Origin: Thermodesulfobacteriota bacterium
Lineage (GTDB): Bacteria; Desulfobacterota; Binatia; Bin18
Assembly (NCBI GenBank): GCA_964291405.2
Contig: OZ219925.1
Span: 1-13,367 of the forward strand
DNA length: 13,367 bases
Reading direction: 5' to 3'
Part shown: piece after piece, positions 7,143-13,367 of the stretch
Layout: the number at the start of each line of letters is the position of its first letter
How positions within the stretch are numbered: position 1 is the first letter of the stretch
Made by a program: the position numbers and the translations under genes
Notes under the pieces: generated by a model
The model's database searches: none
Seen by the model: the letters and a program-made list of their open reading frames with translations, nothing else
What the model was told of the DNA's origin: nothing

Positions 7143-7526
7143 ATGGCAGACCTCTTCATGGGAGTGACAAGTTTGGCTTGGGGGGTGGCCGGGTTGACGA
7201 TCGCCGTCGTGCCTGCGCTGGCGCCCGTCTGGTCCCGGCGGATTCTCCTGGATCCCTGGCCGCGGTTCTGGTTCGGGCAGGCGCTCCTGCTGATCGGGCT
7301 GTTGTTGATGATCGGCACCACGGGGCTCATGGGGTTTTGGCTCTGGGCGGTGTGCGGCGCGGTGGCCGCGATCAAGGCCTGCCTGTTGCTCGGGGCTCCG
7401 GTGTCGTGGCGGGAGCGAATGCTGCATTGGCTCGGCACGTGGCCGCCGTGGCTGTACCGGGTCGGCGGAACGCTCGATCTGGCCCTCGCGGTGGGCCTGG
7501 CCGCGGACCTCATACTCCATGGCTGA
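7143..7526 (+). CDS. Small four-helix membrane protein, probable paralog of 6691-7068
   Basis: Hydrophobic, with the same W..GL...P / W.V.G.....K / R...L.W / YR..G pattern as the upstream gene. Confidence 0.75.
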   Translation: MADLFMGVTSLAWGVAGLTIAVVPALAPVWSRRILLDPWPRFWFGQALLLIGLLLMIGTTGLMGFWLWAVCGAVAAIKACLLLGAPVSWRERMLHWLGTWPPWLYRVGGTLDLALAVGLAADLILHG

Positions 7527-7538
7527 GAAGGACGCCAT

Positions 7539-7591
7539 GCCGCATCAGATGCGGCTCCCTCACCCCTTCCCTCTCCCAGTGGGAGAGGGTG
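7539..7591. repeat. Two adjacent palindromes, including a CCCTCACCC..CCCTCTCCC/GGGAGAGGG-type dispersed repeat
   Basis: GCCGCATC-A-GATGCGGC (7539-7555), then CCCTCACCCCTT leading into CCCTCTCCCA-G-TGGGAGAGGG (7569-7589). Confidence 0.7.
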
Positions 7592-7618
7592 AACGGAGTG
7601 CCTGATGAGGGTGGCTTC

Positions 7619-7918
7619 ATGACTCAAGAGCACAATCAGGACCTGACCCGGCTGTGGGAGATCCACCAGGCGGCGAAATGGCCGGCCGGGGTGGGCTCGC
7701 GTGAGGGCGAACTCATGACCCTGGACACGGTGATCAGCGGGTGCGTCACCTATTTCTTCGAAGAGCGCGACCTCGACCCGCAACGCGTGGCGATTCTCGA
7801 AGATTGCCTCTCCGATCTGGAGGCCGCGCTGCCGGAACTGAGCGAGGAGTCCCTGGACTATTTCCAGCGGGTCAAACAGTTGGGCGCGTTGCTGCTGGAA
7901 ACAGGTCGCCGACCATGA
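7619..7918 (+). CDS. Hypothetical acidic helical protein (99 aa)
   Basis: GAGGG SD before ATG 7619; MTQEHNQDLTRLWEIHQAAKWP...LDTVISGCVTYF...YFQRVKQL. Confidence 0.7.
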   Translation: MTQEHNQDLTRLWEIHQAAKWPAGVGSREGELMTLDTVISGCVTYFFEERDLDPQRVAILEDCLSDLEAALPELSEESLDYFQRVKQLGALLLETGRRP

Positions 7919-7919
7919 C

Positions 7920-8951
7920 ATGAAACGCCGGCTTGCAGCGGCATGCGTTATCGCGTGCCTCGCCCTCACGACCACAGCAAAGGCCGCGGAGTTCACGTTC
8001 GTGGCCTTGGGCGATATGCCCTATGGTCCGCAAGAGCAGGCCTACCCCGCGTTCAAGGCGTTGATCGCGGAGATTAATCGCCGGGCGCCCGATTTTACCA
8101 TCCACATCGGCGACACCAAATCAGGCGTGGAACCCTGTTCAGACCAAGAGTTGCTCGCTCAGCGGGATTTCATGAACAGCTTCGCGTCGGCCCTTATCTA
8201 TACCCCGGGCGACAACGAGTGGACCGATTGTCACCGCTTACTGGCCGGTGCGTATGATCCGCTCGAACGGCTGCACTTCATCCGCAGGCACTACTTCCCG
8301 GCGGACGAGAGTCTCGGCGGGCAGCCGATCCGCATCGAACGCCAAGCGGACGTCATGCCCGGATTCGAGCCGTTTGTGGAAAACAGCCGTTTCAACTGGA
8401 GAGGCGTGTGGTTCGTGACCGCGCACGTGGTCGGCTCCAACAACAACTTCGACGCCGTCGAGGGTTCCGATGCCACCGTGGAATTCCTCGCGCGCGACGA
8501 GGCGGACCGGGTGTGGCTCGCGGACTCCTTCGACAAGGCCGAGGCCGCGGACGCCGATGCCGTGGTGGTCGCCATTCACGCGGACATGTTCGGCGACGGG
8601 TTCGATCCGAAACAGGAAACCTTTTCGCCGCATTCCGGGTACAAGCGCTTTGCCGAGACCCTCGTCAGGAAGGCAAAGTCCTTCCGGAAACGGGTTTTCC
8701 TGCTCTTCGGGGACAGTCACGAGTTCCGGGTCTTTCACCCTTTTCCCCGTTCGGCCGAAAACCTGACTGCCGTGGAGGTGTACGGCGCGGAACTCATGCA
8801 CGCCGTCGAGATCACGTTCCGCCTGGACCCGACCCCCATGTTCACCTTCTCCCCCTTGCCGAACCCCGCCCTGCCCGCACCGTCCCGGCCCAGGACATAT
8901 GTCATCGGTGACTTGTTGCACTTCCCCGCCCTTCCCGCGTCCCTTGATTGA
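7920..8951 (+). CDS. Secreted calcineurin-like metallophosphoesterase
   Basis: Signal peptide MKRRLAAACVIACLALTTTAKA; motifs GDMPY, HIGD, TPGDNEW, HVVGSNN, GDSH. Confidence 0.85.
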   Translation: MKRRLAAACVIACLALTTTAKAAEFTFVALGDMPYGPQEQAYPAFKALIAEINRRAPDFTIHIGDTKSGVEPCSDQELLAQRDFMNSFASALIYTPGDNEWTDCHRLLAGAYDPLERLHFIRRHYFPADESLGGQPIRIERQADVMPGFEPFVENSRFNWRGVWFVTAHVVGSNNNFDAVEGSDATVEFLARDEADRVWLADSFDKAEAADADAVVVAIHADMFGDGFDPKQETFSPHSGYKRFAETLVRKAKSFRKRVFLLFGDSHEFRVFHPFPRSAENLTAVEVYGAELMHAVEITFRLDPTPMFTFSPLPNPALPAPSRPRTYVIGDLLHFPALPASLD

Positions 8952-8976
8952 CTGGTCAAAACCCCTATGCTACGTT
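8948..8976 (+). promoter_or_regulatory. Sigma70 promoter for the mrp operon with an overlapping palindrome
   Basis: TTGACT (8948-8953), 17-nt spacer, TACGTT (8971-8976) with an extended TG; palindrome TTGAC-TG-GTCAA at 8948-8959. Confidence 0.55.
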
Positions 8977-9013
8977 TTTCGTTTGAGCCGAAACCTTTGG
9001 TGAAAGAGTTTCC

Positions 9014-9928
9014 ATGGAAAAAGACCTGAAAAGCATTCTGGGAAAATTGCAATACACCGACGACGCCAAGGTCGTCCAGCAGATCACCCAGCAGACCCGG
9101 CAGGTGCAGGACCGCATGTCGGGGATCAAGCACAAGATTGTGGTGATGAGCGGCAAAGGCGGCGTCGGGAAAAGCATGACCACGGTCAATTTGGCCTTGG
9201 CCTTGGGACGGCAAGGCCACAGGGTCGGGATCATCGACGTGGATCTCAACGGGCCCTGTGTGCCCCGCATGATGGGGATTCTGGGCAAGGGGCTTGAGGT
9301 CACGCCGGACGGGGCGCGACCGCCGGAAGGTCCGTACGGCATCAAAGTGGCGTCCATGGATTTCCTGCTCAATGAGACGGCTCCCGTGCGGTGGAAAGGC
9401 CCGATGGATTTGAGTCCCGTGTGGCTCGGGCTCATGGAGATGAACGTGATCCGGGAATTCCTCGCCGATATTCTCTGGGGCGACCTGGATTATCTGTTGG
9501 CCGACCTGCCCCCGGGCGCTGCGGCGGATAAGCCGCCGGTCATCGCCGGATTCCTGCCGGATCTGGCCGGTGCGGTGGTGGTCACGACGCCGTCGGAAGT
9601 GGCCTCGAACGTGGTGCAGAAGTCCATCGGCTACGCCACGGAACTGGGGATCACCGTGTTGGGGGTCGTGGAGAACATGAGCCAATACCGCTGCCCGTCA
9701 TGTGGCGCCGAGAATGAGCTGTTCGAGGGCAACACCGAGGGCATGTGTGAAGCCCTCAACCTGCCGTTGTTGGGCCGCATTCCCTTTGACCGGAACTTTG
9801 CGAAAACGTTCGATAAAGGGACCCCGTTGCTGGATGGGGAGTATCCCACGAACCGGCGCTATACGGATATTGTCGGCCGCATTCAGTCGATGTTGGATTA
9901 CAAGAAAGTCCTGGCCGAGAATTTGTAG
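9014..9928 (+). CDS. mrp: Mrp/NBP35 (ApbC) family P-loop ATPase, Fe-S cluster carrier
   Basis: Deviant Walker A SGKGGVGKS, DVDLNGP, WGDLDYLLADLPPG, VVVTTP, GVVENMS..CPSC, LLGRIPFD. Confidence 0.9.
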   Translation: MEKDLKSILGKLQYTDDAKVVQQITQQTRQVQDRMSGIKHKIVVMSGKGGVGKSMTTVNLALALGRQGHRVGIIDVDLNGPCVPRMMGILGKGLEVTPDGARPPEGPYGIKVASMDFLLNETAPVRWKGPMDLSPVWLGLMEMNVIREFLADILWGDLDYLLADLPPGAAADKPPVIAGFLPDLAGAVVVTTPSEVASNVVQKSIGYATELGITVLGVVENMSQYRCPSCGAENELFEGNTEGMCEALNLPLLGRIPFDRNFAKTFDKGTPLLDGEYPTNRRYTDIVGRIQSMLDYKKVLAENL

Positions 9929-9943
9929 GGGAGGTGTCCGCCC
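9925..9943 (+). repeat. Internally deleted GTAG-type REP
   Basis: GTAGGGGAGGTGTCCGCCC has both REP ends (GTAGGGG and TGTCCGCCC, as in the 7065 copy) but is 7 nt short. It supplies the mrp stop codon. Confidence 0.6.
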
Positions 9944-9998
9944 TCTTGAACGATGGAACGTATCTTTCTTACCTTTAACTCTCCCGCGTGAGGCCATT

Positions 9999-10742
9999 AT
10001 GAAATTCGTCTGCTTAAACTGTGAAACCTATATGAGTTTCGAAAAAGTCGAGAAACCCGCCGAAGGGTCACTCGGGGTGTTCTTCGCCTGCCCCTCCTGT
10101 GAGGCGAAGGTGTCCATGGTGACGAATCCGGGCGAAACCCAAATGGTCAGTTCCCTGGGCGTGCAGCTTGGCGGCCGGACGGTGGAACCTTCTCCATTGG
10201 AAATGACGCGGGGCACGTTGAAGGAAGACGTCGGGACTCCGGCGCCGTCCGGGTCCATGGCGGCCTATCTGAACGAAAAAATTGGCGCCGGGCAGAGCGC
10301 AACCCCCGCACCCGGTGCCACCGCCAAAGAGGGCGAGTCCGGCGGTTGTCCGTTTTCCGCGATGGTCGCGCAGATGGGATTGACGAGCGGCGAGTCCTCC
10401 ACCGGCACGCAACCGGCCGCGCTGCAATGGAGCCCCGATGCGCAGGAACGGTTGGACAAGCTGCCGTCGTTCGTGCAGCCGATGGTCAAGGGCAGCGTGG
10501 AAACGTTTGCGCGGAAGAACGGTTATACCACCGTGACACTGCAGGTCATGGATGATTCCAAGAATTCATCGAACGGCTTGAGTTGGTCGCCGGAAGCCGA
10601 GCAGCGCCTGCGCAACATCCCGGACTTCATTCAACCCATGGCCAGGAAGGAAATCGAACGGCTAGCCCAGGAACGCGGCGCGAGCACGGTCTCCGCCGAA
10701 CTCATGGACGAAGCCAAAGAAAAGTTCATGAAGTTCATGTGA
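9999..10742 (+). CDS. Zn-ribbon protein with two C-terminal PCP_red (BchB/ChlB C-terminal-like) domains
   Basis: CLNC...CPSC N-terminus; repeats WSPDAQERLDKLPSFVQPMVKGSVETFARKNG and WSPEAEQRLRNIPDFIQPMARKEIERLAQERG; GAGG SD. Confidence 0.8.
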   Translation: MKFVCLNCETYMSFEKVEKPAEGSLGVFFACPSCEAKVSMVTNPGETQMVSSLGVQLGGRTVEPSPLEMTRGTLKEDVGTPAPSGSMAAYLNEKIGAGQSATPAPGATAKEGESGGCPFSAMVAQMGLTSGESSTGTQPAALQWSPDAQERLDKLPSFVQPMVKGSVETFARKNGYTTVTLQVMDDSKNSSNGLSWSPEAEQRLRNIPDFIQPMARKEIERLAQERGASTVSAELMDEAKEKFMKFM

Positions 10743-10932
10743 CGCGGGACCAATGCTTCAGCAAGGCCCCCAATACCCTTTACTTGCTTGCCACTTTCAC
10801 TCCGCTGGTTTCATGGCGAACCTTCAGTGGCCTCTTCTGAGAAGGAGGCGATGCAGGGACATGCCGTGACTTCTTGGCAGCCATCATTGCACTCCGTGTG
10901 CATTAAGTCTTAAAGAAGATACAGCTTTCGTT

Positions 10933-11553
10933 ATGAAACTACCGGAACACCAAAGAACTGAATATCGACACAATATCCTCTTTCAGGTTATTTTTCAGGC
11001 TCGTTTTCCGCGGATCATGAAGATTTCGAACGAGCAACCCGTAAACTTTCAGGATCAAATAAGGAAAAAGGGCTTCCCGGAAACCAAGATAAAGAAAGCA
11101 GGGGATTTTCCTGCTGCTATCCCTATACCTGAGCAAATACGCAAAGCTTTATCAGGATTAGGCGATGATGAATATATGTTTTTTTCCGAAGATGGGACGT
11201 GGCAAATTACCCTGACAAAAGATTTTGTTGCTCTTCAATGTACGGGCTACAGAAATTACACTGAATTTGAAGAACGCCTGAGAACCATGTTGGAGATTTT
11301 TTGGAAGGAATATGACCCCAACTATTTTAGCCGCATCGGACTCAGATATCGAAATTTGGCAAACAAAAGTATATTGGGGACCGACAATGACATTCGGAAG
11401 TTTGTTCCTCCACATATCGCTCCGGAATTACAAGAACCCATAAAAGATGAGATAGAAGTCATTGAAAAAACGCTTCTGTTAAGAGATGAAGCTTCCACGG
11501 TCAACGTACGCTACATTTATAGAGCACTCTCAGAGGTGGCTCGGTTATTTTGA
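10933..11553 (+). pseudogene. TIGR04255-family-like protein, 3'-truncated by an IS3 element
   Basis: Y..N.L.QVIFQARFP, YMFFSEDGTWQITLTKDFVAL, Y.NYTEF..RL and RIGLRYRN recall this family. It is AT-rich. There are 199 native codons, then SEVARLF* is read from the IS inverted repeat. Confidence 0.7.
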
Positions 11554-11592
11554 ACAGGTTGCGGACTGTTGATAAGTGGATCTCCGCTCGGG

Positions 11593-12421
11593 TTATGCCG
11601 CCGCCGAGATTGGCGTGGGCTGGTTGAAATATGCCTGATCGGGCGTTTGTCCGCCAAGTGAGGAATGCGGTCTGCGCCGATTGTAGAATGCCAGATAGCG
11701 GGCCAGACCGCGACGCGCCTCCGAGACGCTCCGGTAAGCGCGCAGATAGACTTCCTCGTATTTGATCGTCCGCCAGAGCCGTTCGACAAAGATGTTGTCG
11801 CGCCACGCGCCCTTGCCGTCCATGCTGATGGCGATCTTAGCGTCCTGTAAGACCTTGAGAAAGGCGACGGAGGTGAACTGGCTGCCCTGATCCGTGTTCA
11901 TGATTGCAGGCAGGCCATACCGAGCTAGCGCGTCGCTCAATGCCTCCACGCACGGCCCCGTCTCCAGCGTAATCGAGAGTCGCCACGCGAGCACCTTGCG
12001 GCTGAACCAGTCGAGGACCGCCACCAGATACACGAACCCCCGCGCCATGGGCACATACGTGATGTCCATCGCCCACACGTGGTTCGGGCGGGTGACGGCC
12101 AGCTTCCTTAACAGATACGGGTAAATCTGGTGGCCCGGCGTCGGGGGCGACGTGGTCGGGCGCCGATACAGCGCCGCGATCCCCATCCGCTTCATCAGCG
12201 TGGCGACATGGAGGCGGCCCACCTCATGACCTTCCTGCCGGAGCAAGCAACATCATCCGACTGCCGGCAAAGGGATACTCCAAGTGCAACTCATCGATCC
12301 GGCGCATCAAGGCCAACTCGGCTACGGAGGCGGGACGGCGTTGGTAATAGACACTGCCGCGACTCATCCCCAGCAGCCGTGCTTGGCGGCTGACACTCAA
12401 GCGGTGCTCGCGGTCTATCAT
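11593..12421 (-). pseudogene. IS3 transposase OrfB (DDE), frameshifted near 12247
   Basis: The N-part MIDREHRLSVSRQARLL...EYPFAGSRM and the C-part LLRQEGHEVGRLHV...WAMDITY...NTDQGSQF...DNIFVERLWRTIKYE are in different frames. Confidence 0.85.
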
Positions 12422-12729
12422 CGTCTTGCGCTCGGCAACAGACCGGCCTTGCTGAGCGCACCCTCTAAAAAATCGTTCTCAAGGGTCAACTGCCCGATTT
12501 TTGCATGCAGCGCGGTGACGTCGCACTCGGGTATCGCCCCCTTCGTCACCCCTCCAGCGAAGACATCCGTCATGCCCGCCAGGAGTTGCTCCTTCCACTG
12601 CTTGATCTGGTTCGGATGCACGTCAAACTGCTGGGCGAGTTCCGCCAGCGTCTGTTCCCCGCAGATAGCCGCCAGCGCCACCTTGGCCTTAAAAGCCGGG
12701 CGATGGTTTCGGCGTGGTCGTCTCGTCAT
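12418..12729 (-). CDS. IS3 transposase OrfA (HTH)
   Basis: MTRRPRRNHRPAFKAKVALAA..GEQTLAELAQQFDVHPNQI..WK...LHAKIGQLTLENDFL; GAGGAGG SD; ATGA overlap with orfB. Confidence 0.92.
   Translation of the reverse strand: MTRRPRRNHRPAFKAKVALAAICGEQTLAELAQQFDVHPNQIKQWKEQLLAGMTDVFAGGVTKGAIPECDVTALHAKIGQLTLENDFLEGALSKAGLLPSARR
12466..12472 (-). promoter_or_regulatory. Candidate -1 ribosomal frameshift heptamer T-TTT-TTA for the OrfAB fusion
   Basis: In the orfA frame GAT TTT TTA; the -1 frame reads open FRGCAQQGRSVAERKTMID directly into orfB. Confidence 0.6.
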
Positions 12730-12814
12730 GATTCCTCCTCATTGACGGCAATGATGCCGTTCGTGAGCAGAAATGTCACTTATCCCCCTTGTTCAGATTT
12801 CCCGAGCCACCTCT

Positions 12815-13279
12815 GTGACCCAGGATCATGTCTCCGATGAAGAGGAACTCTACCGAAATGTTCGGGGAAATTTAGAATATGAAGAATACTCCCACGATAG
12901 TACTGGACGTTTGACCTTCCTACCGAAGGCCTTCCAAGACAAAGAAAAAGAACCTTCTGTTGATCGTGCTAAATTAAGAAATTTTGATCCAGAACAATCT
13001 AGGATGAGTGAAGAAAATGGGATTGTTACCCTTATTACTGAGGAGGTACGACAGATTGGTGACGTTAAAACCAATAACGATAGGGGGAAACCAGTCAAGC
13101 ATGTCGTTGATATAAGTCCGGATCCGATTCGTGGAAATAAAGCCCATGCTCTAATAGTCGTTGATCCGGATTTTTTCGGAACTGAAAGTAAGAAAAATAA
13201 AGCCTTTAAACTTTTGAGAAAAGCCCTTGCCAGATTGGCTACACAAAGAGGCTGGACGCTGGAACCAAGAAGTCCTTAA
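12815..13279 (+). CDS. Hypothetical AT-rich protein (154 aa), possibly ADP-ribosyltransferase/RES-like fold
   Basis: In-frame GTG at the IS junction; ELYRNV...KAFQD...PSVDR...NKAHALI pattern. The fold assignment is inference. Confidence 0.65.
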   Translation: MTQDHVSDEEELYRNVRGNLEYEEYSHDSTGRLTFLPKAFQDKEKEPSVDRAKLRNFDPEQSRMSEENGIVTLITEEVRQIGDVKTNNDRGKPVKHVVDISPDPIRGNKAHALIVVDPDFFGTESKKNKAFKLLRKALARLATQRGWTLEPRSP

Positions 13280-13290
13280 GAGGTACTCGC

Positions 13291-13367
13291 TCATTTCCCG
13301 GAGCGTACTTCCGAGATCACGGACTTGACGTCGGCCCGCTTCAAGCCGGCCTTTCTCGCCTGCTTTC
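13291..13367 (-). CDS. C-terminus of a probable AbrB/MazE/SpoVT-family antitoxin (partial)
   Basis: My translation of the minus strand: ...KQARKAGLKRADVKSVISEVRSGK*, which resembles the C-termini of AbrB-type antitoxins. Only 24 residues are visible. Confidence 0.5.
   Translation of the reverse strand, partial: KQARKAGLKRADVKSVISEVRSGK

Larger units (their letters stand above)
11531..12815 (-). mobile_element. IS3-family insertion sequence (about 1285 bp)
   Basis: 26-bp terminal IRs with 22/26 identity: CAGAGGTGGCTCGGTTATTTTGAACA (11531-11556) and the reverse complement of 12790-12815, CAGAGGTGGCTCGGGAAATCTGAACA. Contains orfA and orfB; no target duplication visible. Confidence 0.93.

Noticed and set aside
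6896-7996. 366-aa minus-strand ORF and the 246-aa version of ORF 7178-7918
   Set aside because: They overlap better-supported plus-strand genes and run through repeats, and their composition is Arg/Pro/Gly-rich and not protein-like.
8864-8938. 14/15 direct repeat CCCCGCCCT(G/T)CCCGC (PALPA twice) at the phosphoesterase C-terminus
   Set aside because: Low-complexity C-rich sequence with nothing element-like between the copies.
9966-9993. Degenerate copy of the CCCTCACC..CTCTCCC..GAGG repeat before the PCP_red gene
   Set aside because: Too diverged to support, and the GAGG is explained as the SD.
9702-9998. Longer start for the PCP_red protein (346 aa)
   Set aside because: It overlaps mrp out of frame. 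ATG 9999 has an SD and begins the CxxC domain.

Overview
GC-rich (roughly 60% by eye) bacterial chromosomal segment. The gene content is compatible with a Nitrospira-like organism, but that is my impression and not established. From left to right: a partial argF and argD (minus strand), a zinc-ribbon/DUF2628-like membrane protein, a hypothetical gene, gpmA, a strong sigma70 promoter followed by about 320 nt of hairpin-rich non-coding sequence and a small ORF, several small membrane or hypothetical genes, a TfoX-N protein, a secreted metallophosphoesterase, and an Mrp/NBP35 ATPase followed by a Zn-ribbon/tandem PCP_red protein. The right end is an AT-rich island: a TIGR04255-like gene truncated by a frameshifted IS3-family element with no target duplication, then a possible ADP-ribosyltransferase-fold ORF, then the 3' end of a probable AbrB-type antitoxin. 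The most striking feature is a hierarchy of tiny repeats. 26-nt GTAG-type REP hairpins occur empty (437), with one 24-nt insert (5481, 7065), and with a 24-nt insert nested inside another (3521). The REP-level inserts all fall at the same loop position. This points to a very small mobile element that targets REPs and copies of itself.
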